From NCBI RefSeq assembly GCF_009914755.1, contig NC_060926.1: a DNA stretch of 64,000 bases, one strand, 5' to 3'. This DNA is from the human T2T-CHM13v2.0 reference genome, Homo sapiens. The notes beneath the pieces are model-generated. The model made no database searches and was not told the DNA's origin. It was given only the letters and a program-made list of their open reading frames with translations. Positions 59,123-64,000 of the stretch are shown here, piece after piece (the stretch's first letter is position 1; every line of letters begins with the position of its first letter). Position numbers and translations under genes: made by a program.

Positions 59123-59442
59123 CAGGAGTGAGCGCTTTTTTTTTTCCCTGTAAAGGGGCAGGTTATAAATATTTCCAGCTTTATGAGCCTATAGTCTCTA
59201 TCCTGACTACTCGATTCTACCTTGTAGACAGTACGTCAACAAATAGGTACATCTGTGTGCCCCAAATCTTGATTTATGTACACCACCATTTGAATTTCAT
59301 GTAATTTCCATGTGTCATGAAATACACTTCATTTTAGTTTTTTAACTATTTAAAAATATAAAAACAAATTCTTACTCATGGACAGCACAAAAACAGGCAG
59401 TGGGCTGTATTTGGCCAGTGGGTTGTAGTTTGCCGACCCCTA
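59123..59442. mobile_element. MER58B-like hAT-Charlie element
   Basis: caggagtgagc...ctgtaaagggg...tttgaatttcatgtaatt...gtagtttgccgacccct (terminal inverted repeat end). Confidence 0.8.
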
Positions 59443-60805
59443 TCCATTATCTTGAAGATATATGTAAAAAAGCCATGGTGTTTATGTGCTTACTTTTTCC
59501 TGTATGTTTTTATAATTCAAAAATCAACCTCTTTGCCCACTACATGGGAGAAGAAGAACATTTTCAATGAGAGCAATAACACCCCTGGCCGACCTCATGA
59601 CTCCTAAAGACAGGACAAGCACAGTTGCAGGTGACTCGCGGCCTCCCATAATTTCTGAAGTTGTCTCCCCTTCTTGAGTCACACACACTGGGTTTCATGC
59701 CTTCTCTTCCTTGTTCCCTCACCAATGCTATCCATGGTCTCCTGGAGAAACTTCCCTTAAAGGGAAAATCCAGAGAACTTTGAGAACTCCAGCTTCCTTT
59801 TCAGCCAGGTTAAACTTACACTCCTTATGCAGGAAATGACAATTTCTCACACAACCGGCAATGCAGGTTGGAGAGGTTGGCCCAGAGACAGCAACACAGG
59901 ACTGACAATGTTGCCCCAGATCATCTGAAAATTAGTATTGATTGATTGCTGTGCCTATTGTTCAAGAAATTAAATTTTACTCTCACGACAAGTCTCAAGA
60001 CTCCTAGATGAAATTAATTCCAAGGTTAACAAGGCGCTTGCTTGGCATCGTGCTCTGTCTCCTAGGCCTTTGATAAATTATTGTTTTTCACATGCTAACT
60101 AATGAGGCACAAAAATCAAAATCAATAGAGATATGCATGCTTGTATCAGTTTTATTTTGGTATCATTTTCAATAATGAAATACTCCAAGTGCTTATTTCA
60201 GAGTATTTTCTTTTCTCTTTATGATTTATCTACTTTGGAAAATTGAATATTATGGAGATTTATTATGGCACTGCATTGCTATTCCTTTGTTCTTTGGAGA
60301 AAATATACTCTTAATCTCAGGAAGTAATTAATTTTATTTTCTAGAGAAAGTAATTATTGAAGTGAACTAAAGGTTCTTTCTCATTTGTGTCACTCCTTAT
60401 GCATTGAAGGATCATTAGATGAGATTGTTACAATATATGGGGATTTCTCCATTTATATGCTTTAGCTCTCTGCCTCCTACAACCACATAAAGTGTGACGT
60501 GTGTAGCAACATGTATTTTTTATATATATATACACACACACAGTACAATATCCATAAAATGTATATGTGAAGCATATATAAATTTATATACTATGTATGT
60601 ATGAATTATGTACCAATATTCATTCAATATATAGTATTTAGGAAATTCAGAGATATTCATGACTTTTCAATGTCACACAATGATCAGGATCCCAATCAAG
60701 TCATTTAGCTCTTTCCATGATACCATGTTGCTTCCTTTTAAAGAATGAAAGATACAGTTAAAATTAAGATTTGAAAAGAATATAGTCTCTTCACTTATCT
60801 TTAAA

Positions 60806-60866
60806 CATACACACACACACACACACACACATATATTTACACATATATGTGTGTGTACATATATAT
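60806..60866. repeat. (CA)n/(TA)n/(TG)n compound microsatellite
   Basis: Directly visible. Confidence 0.85.
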
Positions 60867-60869
60867 TTC

Positions 60870-61880
60870 TAATTTTAAAGTAGTGTTTTTAATTCACATA
60901 CGAGTTCCAAAGAGTGTATAGTGGGTTCCCACATATTCCACACCCATTGTTTCTCCCATTGTTAATATCTTACATTACCATGGTTCATGTGTCATGACTA
61001 ATGAATCAATATTGATACATCATTATCAGCTTAAATCCATACTGTATTCCAGTGCCCTTAGTTTTTAATCCAATGTTCTTTTCCTGCTCCAGAGTCCCTT
61101 TCAGGATAGCATGTAAATTAATTACACTTAGTCATTGGGTTTCCTTACCCTTCTCTAGGATGTGACAGTTTCTCAGACTTTCCTTATTTTGGATGACCTT
61201 TGGAGCTTTGAGGAGTACTGGTATGGTATTTTGTAAACTGTCTCTCAATTTGGGTTTCTCTAGTGGTTTCTCATGATTAGAGTGGAGTTATGGGTTTTGA
61301 GGAGGAAGATGGCAGAGGTAAAAGTGTCTCTGGTCTCATCACATTATACCAAGGATACATACTGCCAGTATAGTTTACTACGGTTGATCGCCTGTTGGGG
61401 GTGATGTTTGCCAGGTTTCTTGTCCGTTTGGGGTGCCAGAACAGAATACTATACACTGGGTAGCTTATAAACAACAAAAAGTTATTTTTCACCGTTCTGG
61501 AAACTGAGAAGTCCAAGACCAGGGTGACAGCATGGTTATGATCTGGTAAAGACACTCTTCCTGGTTGCAGACTGTTGACTACTTGCTGTATCGGCAGCCT
61601 GGCTGAAGGGGTGGAAGAGCTCTCTTGGGATTATTTTATAAGAGTACTAGTCCCATGCACCTCCCAATCACCTTGAGGAGGTCCCACCTCTTAGTACCAT
61701 CACCTCGAAGGTCAGGATCCCAACATAAGAATTTTAAGGGGGCACAAACGTTCAGACCATAACACCAGGTTCCTCCAATGTATAGTTACTTTCCTCCTAG
61801 CTTTCCACACTGTACTTTTTAGGAAGAAGTCACTGTGTGTAGCCCACAAAAAAGGGGTGGAGATTGAAATTTCACCTCCT
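60870..61880 (-). mobile_element. Old L1M (L1MB/MC-like) 3' UTR interrupted by an LTR
   Basis: gttaatatcttacattaccatgg...caatattgatacatcattat...gacagtttctcagactttcc...gaggagtactgg; resumes after 61764. Confidence 0.75.
61416..61764 (-). mobile_element. MLT1A/MSTD-type MaLR solo LTR
   Basis: ctgggtagcttataaacaaca...gagaagtccaaga...acaaacgttcagaccataaca. 5-bp TSD ccagg at 61411-61415 and 61765-61769. Confidence 0.85.
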
Positions 61881-63714
61881 AGACAGGAAGCTTCACTTGA
61901 TTTTATTTCCATGGACTTATTATCCAAGGATGTTGCTTCTGCTGAATCATGCTGGTATAAAAATCTTGTCCTAGAGGTGTGTGTTCATATGAATTGAACA
62001 ACTGTCCTACAGTTAACTTTTGATGTGTACTTACCTACTTACGTATACATTTTTTCTTTTCTTCATGGGATAAACAGTATAATAAATGCCTTTGGATTAA
62101 AGATAAGAAATAAGGCCATTGAATTAAATAACTAAACTAGAAGAGTTTATTTACTGGGCTTGGCTTCAAATTCGTTTTAATAGTCAATTCCCAGAGTTCT
62201 TTCAATTCCAGGGAGAGGTGGAATGGGATTTTACACATCTTTTTTTTTTCTTTTAAGAATATGAAGAATTTTGTGATAAAAGAAAAGAAAATAGAAAAGC
62301 GATGCAATTTTTTATGGGTAGTATTTTTAACATACTTCACATACTTGCTAAACATGCTATTTATTATATCCAAAACAATGAATGAAAGCATGACATCTTA
62401 CTATCAACAAAAAATAATATTTAGATATATTTTTGGGGGACTCAACGATGGAAATGGCCACAGTAGCAACATTGGAGTTCGATTTTGAGAATTAAAATGA
62501 CTATGCACCCAAACATGTGCTATTTAAAAATAAATGTGGGAAGCAGATATATCTTCCCACAATATAATTATATTCTATGTTTATTTATCACATCTTAACA
62601 GAAATATTTTGGGGGAGTTTAAATGGAAACAAATTGATAGCAGATATAAAATAAGAAGATTATATACTAGAATCTATATATTTGTTGAGATATTTTCAAA
62701 TATATATTTATATTTTGAATGGACAATCTTCCAGCAACCTGAGTTTGAATTATTGTCTGATACCTAGCCATCTTTCATGTATTGGGCAATGCTTTTTTCA
62801 TGGAAGTTTATATATTGGGCAATATTTTCTTACTCACTACACATGTCTCCAAAACATGAGTTAAATATTATGGAGTAAGTCTGAAAAAAAAAGTTATTTT
62901 CTTTTTCTAGCAATTCAGACCATTCTATCAATCAAGTGGACATATAACTATTTAATGCAAAATAAAAATCTAAAGAATAAAATTCCAAGCTTTATAATTT
63001 TTATTCTTATTCTTCTATTCTTTAGAGTTTAAGAAATATATTCTTAATAAATTTACACACCTCTATAGCATTTCTGCTTGACACAAAATACATATTTTAT
63101 GGATAATACAGTACACTGTATATACATATATGAAATGTTATGCAACTGTGAAATATATAGGTGACCCTGTTGTCAAGGGAATCCAGAAAAATTATTTTTC
63201 AGTTGCACATACCAATTTATGCCAAAATATATTAAAGGGAATTAAGTAACACATGACTTAATGTTTGTGTAGACAACTAAATAAAATAAAATCATAGAAG
63301 TGATGCTGTAAGAAATATTGGGACTTAAAGAAGTTTGGAGGTTTTGCAATGATGTTGAAATGTATAGAACCCATAGTATTTTACTAAGAAGATTATCTGG
63401 ATTTTATTTTATTTTTTTGAGAGACAACAAAAACTGTTCTATGATGTTGGCTTCTATTTAAGTCATAAAACTTCTATTGAAAGCCTAGGACTCTGTTCTA
63501 CATGTTGGGACCACCAAGATGAGTGAGATTTGAAGCCTGTCCTCTGGGAATTCTGTGTTATAAATTTCATTATGACAGTTTGTAGTTACTCAATAAATTT
63601 TTCTTGCATTTTCACCAAAATAGAGTTACTGCATTTTTATTGCACAGATTATCATGTTATGAAATATTGTAAGTCTTTTGAAAAATTTCTGAGCCACTTT
63701 GACAGTCTCCTGTT

Positions 63715-63900
63715 GGAACACAAACTTATTCATTAGATTAACTCAACAAACACCTAAAATTTTATTTAAAAAGTGAATGCTCATGTCTACAGTCCTGAGC
63801 TAGGAATTAGAGGACACCAAAAGGCATAAAATACAGCCCATTTTTTCAAGGAACTCTCTATCAAATTAGGTACAAGCAAGATATTTATCTGAGAGTATCA
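63715..63900 (-). mobile_element. L2 3' end
   Basis: attcatt...tcaacaaaca...gtcctgagctagg...ttcaaggaactc. Confidence 0.5.
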
Positions 63901-64000
63901 TCTTCTGGGCTCCAAGTCCAAGCTAGTAACTTTGATTTAATTATTTCATAAGCAGTTTTTATTCACTCATAAAGCCACAAATTTAGTTGTATTTTTGAGT

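Overview
Primate (most likely human) nuclear genomic DNA: AT-rich, CpG-depleted, and full of Alu, L1, L2, MIR, LTR and DNA-transposon relics. The only host coding sequence I can support is a short + strand terminal exon at 19360-19493 ([44 protein letters not shown]). I recognise it from memory as the C-terminus of NYAP2, a neuronal PI3K adaptor; it is followed by a U-rich 3' UTR. Positions 1-19359 are therefore intron, and the rest is 3' flank or a further intron. The 442-aa ORF is the 3' part of L1 ORF2; the other listed ORFs are repeat-derived or chance. Main points of interest: an internal splice donor in the terminal exon (possible alternative C-terminus), a 110-bp twin-primed L1 with a perfect 15-bp TSD, a full-length Tigger1 carrying a nested THE1 LTR, a palindromic CTCF-like site next to a GC box, a short templated copy of a neighbouring MER4 LTR, and several local duplications. 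I see no evidence for a previously undescribed multi-gene system. Repeat subfamily calls were made by eye, and old-repeat boundaries are approximate.
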